Program-made: the position numbers and the translations under genes
In this document: positions 1 to 14,500 of the stretch, piece by piece
How positions within the stretch are numbered: position 1 is the first letter of the stretch
Layout: every line of letters begins with the position of its first letter
From: Eledone cirrhosa
Lineage: Eukaryota
Assembly (NCBI GenBank): GCA_964016885.1
Contig: OZ024743.1
Coordinates: 116,436,001-116,500,000 of the forward strand
Direction of reading: 5' to 3'
Length of the DNA: 64,000 nucleotides
The notes under the pieces: model-generated
The model's database searches: none
Seen by the model: the letters and a program-made list of their open reading frames with translations, nothing else
What the model was told of the DNA's origin: nothing

Positions 1-799
1 AACACCAATCTCACCAACACCAGTAACTAGATATACCACTTACCCCATCACCTCTCTGTGTACACTAAACACAAGAGCTAGATAACGGCAATTTCACCAC
101 CACCACAACCAATCTCAACATAATAAGGATAATAATAAATACAATTATTATTGTCCTAAGTCTTAACAAAATGTTTAATCCCAACATTAAGGGAATTTAG
201 GTCAACACATATACGCGACTAACCCCATAGATTCACCGAACGAACATCAGTCCTTCATTGCTACCACCGCTACAACACCATCACTACTGCCATCATTACT
301 ACCACTATCTCATCACCGCCGCCACCACTCCTTCATTGCTACCACCGCTACAACACCATCACTACAGTAATACGATCACATCACCACCACCACTGCCTCG
401 GTATCGACATCACCACCACCACTGTCTCAGTATCGCTACCGCCGCTATTCTCTCCCATTGCTTCCTGCTAGTTGCTGCCATCACATTATAGAATTCCTAC
501 TAAAAAAGAGGAAGGCATCAAAATATATAGATAGACTCAAAAGAAAAAAGAAAAAACAAACATCAAAACCAAAGCAGCACAGCAACGACAGCAAAAAACG
601 AGAAAAACAAACAGAGAAAAACAAAAACAAAAAATAAAAAAACAAAAATAAAAAAAAACAAAAAACGTAAAGAAAATAAGAATGAAGAGAGAAACAAGCG
701 GACGGACAGAGAAGAGAAGGGAAAAACTAAGTCAGACATTCGAACACTACATTACAATGAAACTTATGCTTATTCATTTTTGGGGTTTTTTCTGCCTGT

Positions 800-3700
800 G
801 TGTTTGTTTGTTTATTTGTGTTCGTCTACAGCGTGGTGATAATGCCACACAAGAGCCAAGCGGAGCGGCGCAACCACCGGAGACGGTGAATCCACAGATG
901 GCTATGTAACCATATATTCGCCAATCCTCGATAAGAGTGTTTAAATATCGAACCTAAACAGTTCGAATAACGGTGAAATGGAGACTAGAACGTCATGTGA
1001 CAGACTCTCACCCAACAGGTGCTCCCTGGCTCAGCAACAGGAACCTGACTGTCAACCAAATACTGCTGGTGTTGGAGGTAGAAGAAGAAGGAAAGGGGCC
1101 AGAACCAACTGGACGAAAGAATTGAATAGAACTGTTATGCAATGTTACCTGAAAAGTAACCCCAAGGAGAGGGGCTATAGGAGACGGATGCATAACATCT
1201 GGAACGAGATTGGTCTATTTAAATTAGATGAACAAAAATTGGCCGGGCAGGCTCGGGTAATAAGAACTAATGGGTGGATAAGCGAGCTGGAACTGGAGGA
1301 ACTGAGCAGAGAGAATAGCTTGGAGATGGAGGGTGTAGTATGCCAGACAAACGAGCCAGTGGGAAATGAAGGTGAAGAGGTCGAGAGAACGGAGGAACCA
1401 CCCGAAGCAGACAATGATCTGAATACTGAGATAAATAATACCTGGAACAGAGATACGGCCACTGAGGAGATGAATGCTGACGGGCTAGGACAAGATTCGG
1501 TTGGCATCCTAAATTTAGTGGTAGATGAATTGAACAATGATAGTGGGAGACCTATGAACCTAAGATTTGTAGACAGGAAAAAGTTAAAAGAAACAACAGC
1601 TAAGGTAAACAAAGTCATCCCATACCTTGAGGCGAGGAGCCTTCACCAGTGCAACAATATCTTCAAAGCAACAGCAAATACGGTGAGGAAACTACTTGGT
1701 ATAAAAGCGAGAGGAAACAACAGACAAGAAAGAGCAGAGCCTTGGTGGAAGAAACGACTGAATGGTCAAATCAAGGAAATGAGAAATGACATAGGAAAGC
1801 TTGAGTCACTACTGAATGGGATACTAAAAAACATAGGCACTAAAAATAGACTGGAAATAAAGTACAAAACTAGGAGGATAAAGCGAAATATTATCATAGA
1901 GGAACTGAAGCAACGCATTGTAGCAAAGAGTGCAAAAATCAGGCGATACGAGAACAGAGTCAGTCAGTATAAACAGAACCGCATGTTCGACAACAACCAG
2001 AAGATGCTGTTTGGACAGCTTGAGGGGAAAGAAAGAGGCAACGAATTGATCCCTGAGGCGGAACAAACTAAAACATTCTGGAGAGGAATATGGGAGCAGG
2101 ATGTTAGACATAATGACCAGGCAGGGTGGATTGAGACAGTACAGAGGGAGATCGGTGAGCAGGCACACCAACAAACTGATTTGAGTATCACAGTTGAAAC
2201 TCTTAAGGGGCAGGCCACAAAACTAACCAACTGGAAATCATCAGGCCCAAAATTTAACATCCCTCCACCCGAAGCTGACGGCCATGTTCAATGACTGCTT
2301 GGTGTCGGGTGAGGTGCCAGAGTGGTTGACAAAATGTACCACAGTTCTGATAATGAAAGACCGAATCAAGGGTGATGATGTTACCAACTATAGACCTATC
2401 ACATGTCTGTCCGTAATGTGGAAACTGTTGACGGGCATTGTGTCTGAGGAAATCTACCATCACCTCCACACAAACAACTTGTTACCGGACGAACAGAAAG
2501 GATGCCGAAAGACCAGTTACTTATTGATAAGATGGTAATGGGGAATTGCAGGAGGAGACACACTGATCTTGCCATGGGATGGATAGACTACAGAAAGGCA
2601 TTAGACATTGTGCATCATTCTCGGATCACCAAAAGCCTGGAGATCTTCAAGGTGGCAGATAACATCAGACAGTTGCTGGGCAGGAGTATGGGGTCCTGGG
2701 ATACAGAGTTGACGTCAACTGGAGAATCCTTGGGAAGCGTGAAGATCAAGAGAGGTATCTTCCAGGGAGATAGCCTGTCCCCTCTGTTGTTTGTCCTTGC
2801 CCTGATGCCCTTGACCATTATGCTGCGAAAAGTGAGAGCAGGATACAAGTTGGGTAAGGGAGGGCTTACCATCAATCACCTCCTCTTCATGGACGATCTT
2901 AAGCTCTTCGGGAAGAGTGAGAAGGAGTTGGATGTACTTTTTGACACTGTCCGTATTTTCAGCAATGATATATGTATGCAGTTTGGTATTAGTAAGTGTG
3001 GATTCATTGTGATGAGGAGGGTAGGTTGAGCAGAAGTAACGGAATCCAGATACCAACAGGTGAGATGATAAAGGAAATTGACTCTGAGGAAGGATACAAG
3101 TATTTGGGCATTCTGGAGGCTGATGGCATAAAGAACAAAAAAATGAAGGAATTGTTAAGAACTGAATACATTCGGAGAGTTAGGAGCGTATTGAAGTCAC
3201 ATTTGAACAGCAGAAATGCCATAAGCGCAGTAAATTCCCGAGCTGTGTCCATTATTAGGTACAGTGCGGGAATTCTGAGATGGAATGTTGCTGAACAAAA
3301 AGAAATGGATAGGAAGACTAAGAAGCTATTGACTATCTACAACATGTTCCACAAGAGGAGTGATGTCGATAGACTCTACTTAAGGAGATCCGAGGGTGGA
3401 AGAGGTCTCATCAGCATAGAGGACTGTGTTCAGATGGAGAAAAACAACCTATACAAATACGTGACTGATAGTAAGGAGCCAATGCTCAGAACTGTACTGA
3501 AGGAGGGGACGATAGGCCAGGGGATGTCCAAGGAGGAAATAACATCAAGGAGAAAGAGCAGCCTTCAGGGAAAATCCCTTCATAGTACCTTCTTTGAGAA
3601 CACTGAATTTAGAGATCCACAGACATGGAACTGGTTGAGAAGAGGAGACCTCAAAAAGGCTACAGAAGGAATGTTAATGGCTGCGCAGGAGCAGGCCCTC

Positions 3701-4422
3701 AAAACGAAGTGGTTGAAACACCATATTTACAAGGAGGAGGCTAGCCCACTGTGCAGGATCTGTGGAGAGAGAGAGGAGACTGTGGCTCACATGGTATCCG
3801 AGTGTAAACACCTAGCCCAGACCCACTATAAGGGCTGGATACATGATGTGATGGGCAGGGTGATCCACTGGCACCTGTGCAAAGTAAACAATTTACCACA
3901 TTCTGAGAAATGGTATGAGCATAGGCCAGAGGCGGTGATGGAGAACAATCAGGTGAAGGTGCTGTGGGATTTTAGGATACAGACGGACAAGAAACTGGAA
4001 CACAATAGACCTGACCTGGTTGTTGTGGACAAAGAAAAAAGATCGTGTCGGATTGTGGATGTGGCCTGCCCATTCGACACGAGAGTGCAAGAGAAGGAGA
4101 GGGAGAAAATTAACCGATACCAGGACTTAAAGTGGGAGGTAAAAAGAATTTGGAACTGCCATGAAGTCAAAGTGATGCCGATTGTCATAGGCGCACTGGG
4201 GACTATCTCCAAAAGTTTCCAGGGATGGTTAAAGAAAATCGGCCCCTTCACGCTTTTTGGAACGCTTCAAAAGGCATGCTTGCTGGGAACAGCAAGAACC
4301 CTCCGATACGTCCTGAATATCTGAGGCTGCAGGTAGTGGCTTGATATTCATTTCAACAAATTTTCCAGTTAACTAACATCAATGACTGAGATTCAAAGAA
4401 TAATAATGATAATAATAATAAT
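800..4422 (+). mobile_element. R4/Dong-clade non-LTR retrotransposon, near full length
   Basis: Single long RT + restriction-like endonuclease reading frame, short 3' UTR, then a (TAA)n tract at 4399-4422. The 5' boundary is uncertain. Confidence 0.9.
978..4324 (+). pseudogene. R4/Dong ORF (RT, CCHC knuckle, RLE), broken near 2250, 2500 and 3020
   Basis: N-terminal WTKELN..MQCY..GYRRRM..W. RT motifs NYRPITCL, WIDYRKA, GIFQGDSLSP, LFMDD, YKYLG. Knuckle CRICGEREETVAHMVSEC. RLE motif RPDLVVVD..IVDVACP. Confidence 0.92.
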
Positions 4423-4635
4423 CAGACTGCTGCTGCTGCTTATATTGCTGAAGTTACTGCTTCTCAAAAGACATTTCCTAACGCAAAAGGATTAGAATTG
4501 GCCTTAAGCTTGCAAACCAAAGTTCAAAGATTCGGAGATAATTCCTGGAATAATTCATCTTTAGCGCGATTGTGATGTAAACAGTAACTATAAAGCAAAT
4601 ACTACGAGTGCAACAACAACAACGACGACAATAAC

Positions 4636-4690
<55 letters not shown>

Positions 4691-4934
4691 TTTTCTTTAT
4701 TAACCACAAGGGTTTTCATAAAGTAGACATTAAGGACAGTACAGGACAATACAGGACGGTACAAATGGGCATTTCTGCGTGTAAAAAAAACAGAGGATGT
4801 AATAAAATAACAAAGAAAAATTCCCCAATAGGGGGGGAGACTTCCGAGGGACATTTGTGGAGAAAGCCCATTAAAAGACCACAGTGACCCTGACCACCAG
4901 AGAAAGTGCCCTCTCCCAGTTTTCCACCTTTCAT

Positions 4935-7900
4935 TTACAGACATATACTCAGAGTAGGCCCATTCACTCGGGCCATTCTTGCCTTTCTCAAACATCTTTC
5001 AACAAAATGCTGGGAAGAGAACACTTCCATTTCTACCCTGATTTTCCTTTTCAAATGAAATTTGAAAAAGTTAATCAGGGCATCACCGAAGAGGTAATTG
5101 CTCGTCTTCAGCCCTTTCAAACGTGTCCACAATACTATCTCTTTCGCCATGGCCACCAGACAGATAAAAACTTCCTGCCCTTCCCGGCTAAAGGAAGAGG
5201 GCGGGGCAATCCTCACGATGGATTCAGCTGATAGCTGGATCCGTCCTACACGCGACAGCAGGTGTTCGACATAAACCCACAAGTCAGCAATGCTCGGACA
5301 CTGGAGGAGTGCGTGCAGGACGGTTTCGTCGCCCTGCGCGCATCTCGGACAATCCCGGCTGATGGCACCTCCATGCCTGTAGAGTTTATCCCGAACTGAC
5401 AAAGCCCCTCGGTAGCACTGCCAGGCCAGGGATTTCTGGAAGTTGTCCATAGGCCCCGGCCCGAAAGTTCTTCCGAAGAGATTGGCTAGTTGATTTTCGT
5501 CGACGCCTAAAGTTTCCCAAAGTACTTCGTCGCACATCCCCTCCACTCATCCTCTATAGAACGCCTAGATGCAGTTTCCACCGATCACATTGCCCGATTG
5601 GTCGAGGGCTGTGAGCGCCTGAAGACATGCCTGAAGATATTCCATCGCTCGGGCTTTGCTTGACCCAGGACTGCAGCTCCGTCAAGGAGACGAGCTGGGG
5701 ATAGATGCGTCTAGCAAACGGCGAGCACACCTGATCACCTTTGAGGAAGAGGTGGATATGTCGTAGCTTGAAGTGTATATGCGCATCATCAGCCACGGCA
5801 AGCCCAGCCCTCCACGTAGCGGGTGTTGACAGCAGATGGAACGCCTGTACATCGGAGCGCGTCCCTTCCACAAAAAGCGAAAGAGCAAACGCTCCAGTAC
5901 AGTCAGGCGAGGCTTAGGACAAGGCAAGACGATCAGGTGGTAGTAGATGACGGACGCCATGTACGCGTTAGCTACCTCCGCTCGACCTTTCAGGGATAGC
6001 TTCCTCTCCACCTATTTCAGGATGAGAGAAGTGACCCTACTCGTCAGCTCTTCCCAGTTTTTGTCCGTCTGTAGGTCGGGACCGAACCAGACCCCTATCA
6101 ATTTAACCGGTCCGTTCGTCCAGCGCCCGACGACGCTGTTGGACGGCATGGACCTGCTTCTCCAGGCCCACTGACTTTTCCTGGTTGCTCGTTGCTCCTA
6201 TCACCGTTTCGTATTCTCTTAGTGTAGTGCCGATCGCCTCGATGCGTTTGGCGTTCGACATCACTACGGTGCCACCGTCCACATATGCTGACACGGATTT
6301 TTCCGCATCCTAGATCGCGCGGGACCCCCTCAACCTCTCCAGTTTGTGCAGTAATTGCTCGAGAGTCAATACGTACAAGAGAGACGAGAGGGGACATCAT
6401 TGGCGGACCGAGCGCATGATGTTGAACGGTTCAGAAAGGTGACCGTTCACTCTCACCACAGAGCATATCTGGCTGTGCATGGCAGAGATCCAGCCTCTGA
6501 AGACGGGCCCAAAGCCAGCCGCCCTCAAGACTGTCGCTAGGTAACGATGGTCGACCCTATCGAAAGCTTTCGAATGATCTAAATTGATCAAGGATCCACG
6601 CGTACCAGGTTCCCTAGCTACCCTCTCCATGATGCATCGCATGAGGTGGAGGTTGTCGTGGATGGATCTGTCGAGAATGGCGCATGTCTGCGCCTCTCCC
6701 ATCAGACCACCAACGACATGCGCAACATCTTTGCTATCACCTTGGCCAAAATCTTGAACTCTGTGTTTAGCAGAGGTGTGGGCCTGAAATTATCTATGGT
6801 AATATCCTTGTTCGGATCCTTTCTTAGCAGCGCCACCGCTCCTCGGCTCACAGAGCTGAGAATTCTCCCGTGCTGTTGCCAGTTACAGTAGACGTCCGCC
6901 AAGAGTCCCCCGAACAAGTCTGGCATCTGTACGTAAGGTTCATAGGGCAGACCATCCAAACCAGACGATTTACCCCTTGTGCAGCCAGTCATTGCCTCCC
7001 GTACTTCAGCGGCTGTTATCGGCTTTTCGCAACACTCCGCCTCAGTGGCCGAGAGCCGCGGCAGTCCGTCGAGGTAGACACTAAAGTCCATCCCTCGATC
7101 TGGCCCGCCGCTGCGCCCGAACAGCTGGGCGAAGTGTCGCTGTAAAGCTTCACACATTTGCCCGGGATCGAGTAGCATGAGCCCGTCATGGTTCACCAAA
7201 GACCGGATTGTGGCTTTAATGCCACGACCCGCCTCCGCCACTCGGGCCCATTTAACGGCTTTCGTCCCCTCGTGTCTGAGAGCACGCACCCTAGCTCTGA
7301 CAACGCAGCCTTCGTGCTTTGCATTGAATAATTGGTCAAGGGCCAATTTCGCCGCAAGCACGTCGGTCGCGATGCCTTTGCTAGGCGCCTCGTCTAATTT
7401 TCTAACTAGTTCTCCCTCTGCTCTATTTTTCTCTATTGCTAAAGCCTTACTAAACCTAATGTACTCTATTCTAATCGCTCTTTTCAGAGCAAACCACCAC
7501 TTGTTGTTGACGATGGCCCTCGTCAACGCCCGCTTAACTAGTTCTGTAGGCCTTGCGCGCCGGTAAAGAAGCGTTTAGCTTCCAGTAGCCGGGTCCTCGT
7601 CTGTGAAGCCTATCTAAGTCAAGCACACAGATCACGAAATTGTTGTCCGTGTAGCTGACTATCTTGAATTGTGGACAGCCTATGCTAGACCTATCTATTT
7701 CCCTACAAAATGCTCTATCTAGATATGATCTGGATGACTCTATGCGATTTGTCCAAGTCCACACTGGCACATTCGGGAAATCCAATTGGTACCTGTCAGA
7801 CAGTTCAAAACGCCTGAGCAGGTTGGTGAGGCTCTTGCACCCACCTCCCCTATACGCTAATCCCACACAGTCTCAGCATGCATCTAAGATCCCGTTCCAG

Positions 7901-8325
7901 TCGCCCACTAACACTAAAGAGCGGGACGTACCAGGAAAGGTCTCCAGACGCCGGAAGAAATCAGGCCGCCCTGCTCCTGTCGGGGCATAGACGGCCACTA
8001 GCCTGAAAGCTTGCCCGTCTCCGCTGATCACGTCCAGCACCACCAACTTACCTTCTGCGTCCAGGAAGATGGCCCGTATGGCGAGATCCAAACCTCTGCT
8101 AAAAAGCACAGTAACTCCTACCCCCGATCCAGGACGGCTGGGAGATGCGTACACGTCGTAGCCGCCGAAAATCGCTGCGAAGGCCCGTGCTTCGAAGAAT
8201 CATCTGGTCTCGCTGATGGCCACTACATCTATGTTTAGTGACCTGACGTCGTTGAGAAGGTGGCTCTGCATCCATGACGACCCCAAGCGACGCGCATTTA
8301 TGCTGCCTATTCTGAGTGAGGTCAT
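4935..8325 (-). pseudogene. Tx1-like ORF2 (APE endonuclease, RT, C-terminal zinc finger), many frameshifts
   Basis: APE motifs AVYAP, GDWN, SYLDR, GPGYWKLN. RT motifs SSGLDGLPYE, NFRPTPLLNTEFKILAK, LDHSKAFDRVDH, SAYVDG. Zinc finger CPRC..DETVLHALLQCP. Confidence 0.9.
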
Positions 8326-8359
8326 GTTGAAATGGAGTGGAAAAGATGGGAAAGACCAC

Positions 8360-10074
8360 TTACCTTACTTCTCGTAGAGGAATGATGGTTTCTCCATCCT
8401 TTTCACTGCTTGTGGCCTCCTCCGGAAGGATGTCCTTATGAATCCTCCTTGAGAGTGTTTGTCGGAAGTCTCCGATGTCTTTGGGGAATTTTTGTTTTAG
8501 TGTCGTGTACGTTTTCTGTGTGATGCGAGTGATTTGTATGTGAGGAGTTAGTGTGAACTTTTCGGTTGTTGTGTAGTCATTTTCTGTGATGCTGTTGTGT
8601 TGGATGTAGTGTAATAATTGGTTGTTGTTCAAATTTAATTGTTTCTGCTTTTGGCACAAGGCCATACATTACACAGTGTATTACTGGTACTTTATTTTAT
8701 CGACCCCATAAGGATGAAAGGCAAAGTTAACCTTGGCGGGATTCAAATTTAATGCTGTGTTTTAGTTGTTTTGCTTTATTTGCGTTTGTTGTGGGTTTGT
8801 TTCTGTTTCGCTTTTCGGTGACTTTTGTGATGTTCGTAATGGTGGTGTTGGGGTTAATGATGGTGATAGTTTTGGTGTTTGTGGTAATGGGGTTGGTGAT
8901 GCTGGTGTGGATGGTGGCATAGCTGTCCTAACCTTCTTGTTTGATAGTTTATTTGTTTCCATCTGTATTTTGTTTTTGGAGGGGGAAGGAAGAGGATTTC
9001 TTTCTTTTTTTATTTCTTTTTATTTTTTTTTTTCCTGATACCGTTTCCCACTCCTCGTCGTCACAATCTGTCTCCAGTTGTGATAGGTCGTGGAATTTAA
9101 AATCCTCCACAGGCGTTGGTTTTGGTTGTGGCCTGGTGGATGGTGTAGGCGCCGGTGCTAGTTCGGGCGCGTTGGGTGGTGGTGGTGTTGGTTTTGCTAC
9201 TGTTGCTGGGGTTGTTGCTGTTACAGTTGCTTCTGTTCTTGCTGCTACAGTTGTTGCTGCCATTTCTGCTGCTGGTGGTGTTGATGGTTGAGTCACTGGG
9301 GTGGGTAAGAGAGGTGGCCTCAACCTTTTAGCCTGAGGGCAGAAAGCCCTTAGGTGGGTTCCTTCACCACTAACGACACACCTAGGCCTTCTGCCCTCGA
9401 CGATTACGGGGAGGTGGCTGCCGTCAGTGAGGTCTATTACCTCTGGGATCTCCTCAATGTTTTTTTGGTCCGCTTGGATCAGGAACTCCATCCCAGTTCC
9501 GGACAGTTCTCCTAATTTTCTTTCGCTATTTCGATTATCTTGGTGTTGGCCTCGATGCCGGCGAGGACGGCAGCAATTAGCCAGGGAATTTCGATGGCCG
9601 GTGGAACGTGGGTCACCCTCATCTTCACGAGTCTCTGGCCACAATAGCTTGGGACGAGTGTGAAGTCGTCACTTCTTAATGGGGCCATGGGGTGTTCTCT
9701 GGCCTCCTGTGGTGTTTCAAAGAACACGTACACGGTTCCATATTTCTGCCCACATTTGATGTGGGTTTTTTTTTGCTCACACATGTCCCAAAGCTTTTTG
9801 GATTTGGGACTCGGATGCCCGTTCCACTCGGTGCGATTTTATGTTAATCGTCCGATAAGATACGGTGCATAGGCGCCGATGATCCATTTTATTAGGGGGG
9901 GGGGGGGCTGACCCTGTACCCATCTTTCTTTACCATTTTTCTGGCTTCTTATAATTCCTCCTGAGTTAGCTGGAATGCTTCGCACTTTTTTGCTACTCTG
10001 GCAAAACTCAGGGTGGTATTCTTAATTTCATTGTTGCTGTTGTTATTTTGGTTATTTTTGTTATTGTCGTCCAT
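8360..10074 (-). pseudogene. Tx1-like ORF1 (degenerate CCHC knuckle, Pro/Thr-rich region), interrupted by a SINE
   Basis: VIVEGRRPRCVVSGEGTHLRAFCP followed by a low-complexity linker. Lies directly upstream of ORF2. Confidence 0.7.
8640..8745 (-). mobile_element. 5'-truncated SINE (family S1) inserted in Tx1 ORF1
   Basis: S1 core tggtactttattttatcgacccc..ggatgaaaggc. A 12-bp TSD ttcaaatttaat lies at 8628-8639 and 8742-8753. Confidence 0.85.
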
Positions 10075-10351
10075 GATTATTTCAAAGAAATGTTTTGTTT
10101 GATAATTATAAAAGTTTAAAATTTGGGGCTCAAGGCCCGAATCTTTTTGAGTGTCCTATTCCGAAAGAAATATATGTGAACTTATAAACACTTAACAACA
10201 AAAATTTTCCATAAATGGCATTTTGAAACAACTGAAAACAACAAACCTTTGCGGAGCTCACGATAATACGAGTTCCTACGAAGGTCGCCAATAATAATAA
10301 TAATAATAATAATGATAACAACAACAACAACAACAACATAATAATAACAAC

Positions 10352-11375
10352 TGAAGGTGGAAGAGGTCATCAGCATAGAGGACTGTGTTAAGATGTATAA
10401 AAACAACCTGCACAAATACGTGACTGACAGTAAGGGGCCAATGCTCAGTATAGTACTGAAGGATAGAACAATATACCAGGGGATGTCCAAGGAGGAAATA
10501 ACAACAAGGAGGAAGAGCAACTTTCATGAAAAATCCCTTCATAGTACCTTCTTTGAGAAAACTGAATTTAGAGATCCACAGACATGGAACTGGTTAAAAA
10601 GAGGAGACCTTAAAAAGGCTACAGAAGGAATGCTAATGGCTGCGCAAGAGCAGTCCCTCAGAACGATGTCGGTGAAACATCATATTTACAAGGAGGAGGT
10701 TAGCCCACTGTGTAGGATCTGTGGAGAGAGAGGAGACTGTGTATCACATTGTATCCGAATGTAAATACCTAGCCCAGACTCACTATAAAGGCTGGAGACA
10801 TGATGGGCAGGGTGATCCACTGGCACCTATGCAAAGTAAACAATTTACCACATTCTGAGAAGTGGTATGAGTATAAGCCAGAGTCGGTGATAGAAAACGA
10901 TCAGGTGAAGTTGCTATGGGATTTTAGGATACAGACGGACAAGAAACTGGAACACAATAGGCCTGACCTAGTGGTTTTGGACAAGGAAAATATATCGTGC
11001 CTGATTGTAGATGTAGCCAGCTCATTTGACACGAAAGTGCAAGAAAAGGAGAGGGAGTAAATTAACCGATACCAGGATTTAAATTGGGAGGTAAAAAGGA
11101 TTTTGAACTTCCATAAAGTCAGAATCGTTCCGATTGTCATAGGCGCACTAGGTACTATCTCAAAGAGTTTCCAAGGATGGTTAAAGAAAATTAGTCCAGC
11201 CCTGCGTTTTGGAACACTTCAAAAGGCATGCTTGCTGGAAACAGCAAGAACCCTCCGATACGTTCTGAATATCTGAGCCTGCAGGTAGCGACTTGATATT
11301 CATTTCAACAAACTTTCCAGTTAAATAACATCAACGACTGAGACTCAAAGATCAATAACAACAACAATAATAATA
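10352..11375 (+). mobile_element. 5'-truncated second copy of the R4/Dong element
   Basis: Aligns with 3395-4420 (ISIEDCV..WNWLKRGDLKKATEG..RPDLVVLD). Flanked by (TAA)/(CAA) repeats. Confidence 0.92.
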
Positions 11376-11590
11376 GGAAAAAAAACAACACTAATACGGG
11401 AAAAGAAACAAGAATATTGATAGCAACATCAATGATAAAATATAGCGAGCAATAACAAAAATCAAATTTCCAGTAGTTTGTTCTGTTATGGAAATCATTA
11501 GAATGAGGGAACAGAGCTGGGAATTAAAGTGAGATGCAAAACCAGAAATTGGGGTGGAATATTACGCATCCATAATCACCATTATTCATA

Positions 11591-14500
11591 CTAGTAGAAG
11601 AACCGCACTTCAAGAGGTTTTCTGCTAGTATATGTAGTGTACATATTGATATCATACACAAATATATATATGCATATAGATATGAAACGTAAATTGAAAA
11701 GTTAATTGACAATATGGACATAAAGTGAAGAAACACTTACGTCTGTAAACAGTAATGATACATTTAAAAAAAGGCAATACTGAAGATGGAAAAGCGGTGA
11801 CACTGTGGACGGAAATTGTTCATGAATCTTCACTTGAGAATGTCGATAGGAAGCTTCAACCAGCGAACTTGAAATTAGATGCTGCTGGTGTGAATGAATG
11901 AATTACATTTACCAATATTAAGACTTGGCCTTCGTTATATTGTTGTGTTACTGTATTCACATATAGACTTCTTAAGTTTTTGTAGTGTCCCTTTTCTAGC
12001 AATCAAATAGAAACTGAAATGCATTTCAATTAAAAGAGAGTAAAGGCTGTCTCACATCACTGTGGAATTTCTTTGTAAACACAGTTGTCAGCAAACAGAT
12101 CCCTTCATTTAATATTTTAATATTTTATTTTTTTGTAACTCTTGATAATGCAACATACATCTGACCATGTGAGAAGAATTGTGTTGTTAGATATACACCT
12201 ATCTTTTTAAATGTCTGTCCTTGTGCCTTGTTGCATGTAAGAGCAAAGGTTGACTTGACAGGAAATTGTTTGCGAGTAAAGGTGAAAGGGAACGTGAGGT
12301 GTCCTTGGGTTCGAGCATTCGGACCCAACGCCACTTCAGCTTCAATTACATGATTATGTAAACTGATGCTGTATCGTGTACTATTATTGCAATGTCGGTT
12401 TAGAGGATCAAAATTTCTCAGAAGCATGATGCAATTGTTTTTCTTCAGTTTAAGTATGGGTGTTGGGAGGTTTGATGGGGTACGTTTGTTGATGAACTCG
12501 TTTGGATATTACAGTACATTATCTACTGTATCGGACTTCTGTAGATTAGTTCATGACTAGGAAACTTGTTGAACATGAACTCATACACCAATTTTGTTGC
12601 ATCATTTGTTGAAGTGATAATGGCTCTATTTGCAAGCCATAGTGGCTTTGAGTACTTTCCTTGAAAATGTGTATAACACAATTACACAGACTAGGCACAT
12701 TACCATATTCCAGACAAAGTTCATTTGGCAGAGGAATTGCGAATGCACCTAAAGTTGGTACAGTTGGAATGTTACTGTTTTCCACATCAAGAAGGTAGTT
12801 TGCAAACTATCTCTCATCAGAATCCCCCACATTAAGTAACTGTTGATTGGTTGTCATCTCCATGGTTTCCACATAGTTCTAAAGATAAGATATTATGATG
12901 GTTGACTCAACTATTTGTGGTCTAGAACCACGTCTTACAACTGGAAGAATTTACTTCCATACATCAGATAGTTATACTGTTAGACCACCAAAGTGCCTTT
13001 TGCAATCTCGAACATCTTTGAAGCTACTGTCAAGGCATTCAAAGATATGCATATGTACCATACTTCATTCATCAACGATTAGCAGGTCAGCTTGCTGCAA
13101 AAGTTTACTAGTTGCATCCCTCTTTGTGAAGGGCAAATTTATTCAGCAGTCACATTGAGAGGAATCTTGCACTTGGAATGAAGAGATCTACCTCTGTGAA
13201 GCAAAGTGGCTGCTATTCCAGATATGGCAGTGGAAAGTGCAATCATTCTTTGAGATTGGAGGCAATCCAATATGGTGTTTATGAGTATAGGTCTAATTTC
13301 ATTTTAATTTACAGAGGTGATTACTTTGTCAAAATTAACCAGTTACTCAGGATTCAATGTTGACAGAAGTTCATTTATATTTGTCTGCAGTTGGTGTGTA
13401 TTGAAATCAGGTTCTTCTATACGAAACCTGTCGATCTGCAACAATAGTTGGGTCTGGCCGAGGAAGTTCATAGTTGACCGGAATGCTCAAGCCATCATAT
13501 TGATGTCTTTGTTGGATCTTCTGTAGAAGAATCTGCACGGTTTGCTTGGACATGACTTGTTCATGATACTCATGCATGATATCCTCTGCAAGACAATTCT
13601 TCCATTTCTCCCAGGCATGTAGATGGTCATTTGGCATACAGTGCAATAAAATTGTGCAGAAGTCTCCCACCGCTAAGAACCAAGCGTAATGGATGAGACC
13701 TCTTCCATAGTCTTTTTCTACATCTTCATCCAACAGACAAAGTTTCCGGCATGATTCTTGGAATGTTTGAAATTCAACTTCTTCAGATGTCCGCGAATTG
13801 TTGTATGAAGTTGACCTAGCCTTTTGTTGTAGGATCATTCTGAGGTAATATAATTTAGGTTGATGTCTACCGAGAGATACTGTTGGAATGCGTTCAATAG
13901 ATTCACCAATAAATTGTTGATCACCATCTTTTCTTCTTCTTTGCCATGTTTTGTTTGTCCAAGTGAAATATTTAGGGATATTAATATACAATGTTTTGTG
14001 TCAGTAGGTCTTTAATATTCAGTTGAAAATATTCCGTCAATATCATTGACTATCCCCTAGAAACAACACTTTCTTCCTGTCCTCGCTCATACACGACCAT
14101 TTGTTCCCCAGGTAAATGGCAAGGCAACTTTTCAACTGGTGTTGTCCGATGATGTAACGGAAATTTATAGATTCCCCAAAATGCTTCACTGGCTGAGATG
14201 TACCGTGCATTTTTATAGGTCTCAGTCTCATTTCGGGCATTGACTTATTCGTGGAAATGATGTTGTCTGATACTTTTGGGATGTACGTATATAAGTACTT
14301 AGCATTCTTGACAATGTGGACAATCTCACAATAGATGTGCCACTGCTATCTCAATGAGAGGAAAGTGTTGTATAGAACAATCCAACGATTATCAACGGTA
14401 AATTCTTGACCTCTAAGTTGGATTGTATGGGTGTTACCACCATGCTGTCTATCCTTCCTTCTATACTCCGGAAAGGAATTTTCGGCAACAAATGTGGCTT

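Larger units (their letters stand above)
4690..10290 (-). mobile_element. Tx1/L1-clade LINE, full-length but decayed
   Basis: ORF1 and ORF2 remnants on the minus strand. AATAAA at 4696-4701 is followed by an (ATT)n tail. (TAA)n/(CAA)n tracts lie at both ends. Confidence 0.88.

Noticed and set aside
1-720. His/Pro-rich ORF and A-rich tract
   Set aside because: Low-complexity (CAC)/(A)n sequence with a local 37-bp duplication.
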